Part shown: piece by piece, positions 62,111 to 64,000 of the stretch
Layout: each line of letters begins with the position of its first letter
Numbering within the stretch: the stretch's first letter is position 1
NCBI GenBank assembly: GCA_019058445.1
Contig: JAHPZA010000004.1
Span: 290,084-354,083 of the forward strand
Source: Promethearchaeota archaeon
Lineage (GTDB): Archaea; Asgardarchaeota; Lokiarchaeia; Sigyniarchaeales; SOKP01
Length of the DNA stretch: 64,000 nucleotides
Direction: 5' to 3'
Translations under genes and position numbers: made by a program
Notes under the pieces: model-generated
What the model was told of the DNA's origin: nothing
Seen by the model: only the letters and a program-made list of their open reading frames with translations
Databases searched by the model: none

Positions 62111-62587
62111 TTAATTTTTAAAGATAGGAATATTTTCAACTGATACATCTATAACTTTAGCAATATTCATAAATTTTCCTTTAATAGAGTCTATTGAAAT
62201 CACATTGGATTCTAAATTATCACCTACTAAATATGTTTCATAAAAGCAATTTTCCATCTCATAGCATAAGCCCGTAGTATGTAATATATGTTTGCTTAAG
62301 TTCATTTCTTTTAACACAGAAGATATGCCCTTTACTAATTCAGGGGAAAATTCTGTTAAATGAATCAATACTTTTTTGATATTATCAGTTTTGGTGGGAA
62401 AGCAGCTTATTTTTATTACATCTTCACGTGAAATGAAAATTAATAAATAAAAGGGACTTTCTAATATTTCTTTTATTACTTCTCCCGGAAAAATCGAGTT
62501 TTTTTGAAAATCCTCATTTGAGATTATCAAACCAATCGATATTTTGTTTTTGGTTTCCTCATTGTTTTCTTCCATAATACTCAACAA
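62111..62587 (-). CDS. hypothetical protein with C-terminal ACT-like domain
   Basis: LVKGISSVL...ILHTTGLC...CFYETY beta-alpha-beta pattern. The start may be ATG 62575. Confidence 0.55.
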   Translation of the reverse strand: MLSIMEENNEETKNKISIGLIISNEDFQKNSIFPGEVIKEILESPFYLLIFISREDVIKISCFPTKTDNIKKVLIHLTEFSPELVKGISSVLKEMNLSKHILHTTGLCYEMENCFYETYLVGDNLESNVISIDSIKGKFMNIAKVIDVSVENIPIFKN

Positions 62588-62800
62588 GATTAAAGTGATA
62601 CAGATAATTTTGGAATAAAATATATTAGTTCTTTTTATTTTATATTATTTTTTCTTTTTTCTAAATTAAGAATTTATATGATATTATTTGAATATTACAA
62701 CGATAATGTTCACATTTTTTATCAAAACTAGAGTTTGTAATCTTATAAAGCAAAGTAAAATATTGTGTTGTTAACTGATTCATTCTAAAAATGGATTTCT

Positions 62801-63307
62801 ATGTCGTTTAAATGGAAAAATGATTCAATAAAGAGGAACTTTGGATTCTACATAGAGCAATTAAATTTCAAAGAGAATCGATTTCATGCAATTTATTTTG
62901 TAGATAGTCTTACAGGTGCTTTGTTAGTGAGCAAAAGATACTCTGGAAAAAATAATGGCCTAACTGAAACTGACGATGATTTGATTAGCAATTTCTTAAG
63001 TGCAATCAATTTGTTTATCAGAGAAATTCGTACCAACAAAGAGGAGGAAATTCAAGAAATTAACTTTAAAGATACACGAATATTATATGAGAAAAAGGGT
63101 CGATTACTATGTATAGGGATCACAAAAAAAACAAATGTAAATGTTGAAAGAGCGATTCTTCACGAACTTCTAAAAGATTTTTATTATAGATTTGAGCATG
63201 TAATTAAATACTTCAAGGGGTATGTTCCTCCTGAGATTTTAAATTATAAGAATAGACTTGACAATTTAGATTTAAATTCATTATTTAAATTCAACATAAC
63301 CCTATAG
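62801..63307 (+). CDS. longin-like domain protein
   Basis: AIYFVDSLTGALLVSKRY...DDDLISNFLSAINLFIREI...IQEINF, the pattern typical of Asgard longin-like proteins. Confidence 0.7.
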   Translation: MSFKWKNDSIKRNFGFYIEQLNFKENRFHAIYFVDSLTGALLVSKRYSGKNNGLTETDDDLISNFLSAINLFIREIRTNKEEEIQEINFKDTRILYEKKGRLLCIGITKKTNVNVERAILHELLKDFYYRFEHVIKYFKGYVPPEILNYKNRLDNLDLNSLFKFNITL

Positions 63308-63377
63308 AAAAAAAGTGAAGTATTAACTCTTAACTTTAAGAGTTTAAAAAATGACTTGTATTTGCTTAGAAGAATTA

Positions 63378-64000
63378 TTACTTATTTTCATCAATTTTCT
63401 TTTTTTCAATTTTTTCAATTTCGGATTCTAATTTTTCGCCAATTCCTTTTATATCTGCTTTAATTTGACGCCGTTGAGCGTCAGTTTCTTTTAGTTTTTG
63501 TTGTGCAAAGGCTTTTTCAGAAATTGACTTCTCTATTGCAACTCCCATTCCCTCCATATCTGGCCTCAATGCTTTACGCTCTGCGTCTTTTTCTTTTTTC
63601 TTCTCTATCATATACGCCTTTTCTTCAATAGTTTTACTAATTGCTTGTCCAGTTTTTTCCATGTCAGGTTTTATTTCTTTCCGTAAGGCATCTCGTTCCT
63701 TTTGTTTTTCAATCATATATGCTTTTCCTGAAACTGATTTTTCTATGGCTTTTCCTGTTTTCTCGATATCCGGCTTTATTTCTTTCCGTAGCGCATCTCG
63801 TTCTTTTTGTTTTTCAATCAAAAACGCTTTTTCTGATATTGATTTCTCTATTTCGATAGCTGTACTCCCAATCCTCGGTTTTAAGCTTTTTAGTTCTGCA
63901 TCTTTTTCTTTTCTTTTCTCTATCATATATGCCTTTTCTTCAATTGTTTTACTAATTGCTTGTCCAGTTTTTTCCATGTCAGGTTTTATTTCTTTCCGTA
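63378..64000 (-). CDS. C-terminal part of a 35-aa tandem-repeat helical protein (5' end outside the window)
   Basis: The frame is open to the window edge. At least five 105-nt units are present, and 63961-64000 is identical to 63646-63685 (315-nt offset). Confidence 0.85.
   Translation of the reverse strand, partial: RKEIKPDMEKTGQAISKTIEEKAYMIEKRKEKDAELKSLKPRIGSTAIEIEKSISEKAFLIEKQKERDALRKEIKPDIEKTGKAIEKSVSGKAYMIEKQKERDALRKEIKPDMEKTGQAISKTIEEKAYMIEKKKEKDAERKALRPDMEGMGVAIEKSISEKAFAQQKLKETDAQRRQIKADIKGIGEKLESEIEKIEKKKIDENK

Noticed and set aside
63378-64000. 105-nt DNA repeats considered as a CRISPR array
   Set aside because: The units are in-frame coding repeats without unique spacers, and no cas genes are present.

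Overview
A 64-kb, AT-rich, gene-dense archaeal chromosomal segment. An Asgard (Lokiarchaeia-type) origin is inferred from five Rab-like small GTPases, V4R and longin-like proteins, TBP, Cdc48 with a C-terminal HbYX motif, a PSTK-like kinase and a Tes/MJ0619-family tetraether lipid synthase. I recognised no rRNA, tRNA, CRISPR array or transposase. The left 24 kb is mostly housekeeping and signalling genes, preceded by a small SPASM radical SAM operon with a CGG-tail membrane protein. From about 24.9 to 60.7 kb lies a dense lipid or small-molecule tailoring region with nine radical SAM enzymes, six of them cobalamin-binding. Its most striking part is a 7-gene minus-strand operon (26837-35070) encoding a soluble ABBA-type aromatic prenyltransferase, an SCP2 lipid carrier, a U32-family Fe-S hydroxylase-like protein, a B12 radical SAM and two SPASM radical SAMs. 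Four of these enzymes, from three unrelated families, carry the same ~75-aa helical domain (W-x-x-E/D...P...F...A...R...V...D...P..F), which suggests a docking-domain-assembled, O2-independent pathway to a prenylated aromatic (quinone-like) product. Other notable items are a ~1.17-kb inverted duplication, free-standing copies of that domain, a 119-nt structured GC-rich element with Sm-site-like motifs upstream of tes, and a 35-aa tandem-repeat protein with nebulin-like motifs at the right edge. All family assignments come from motif recognition by eye; no searches were run.
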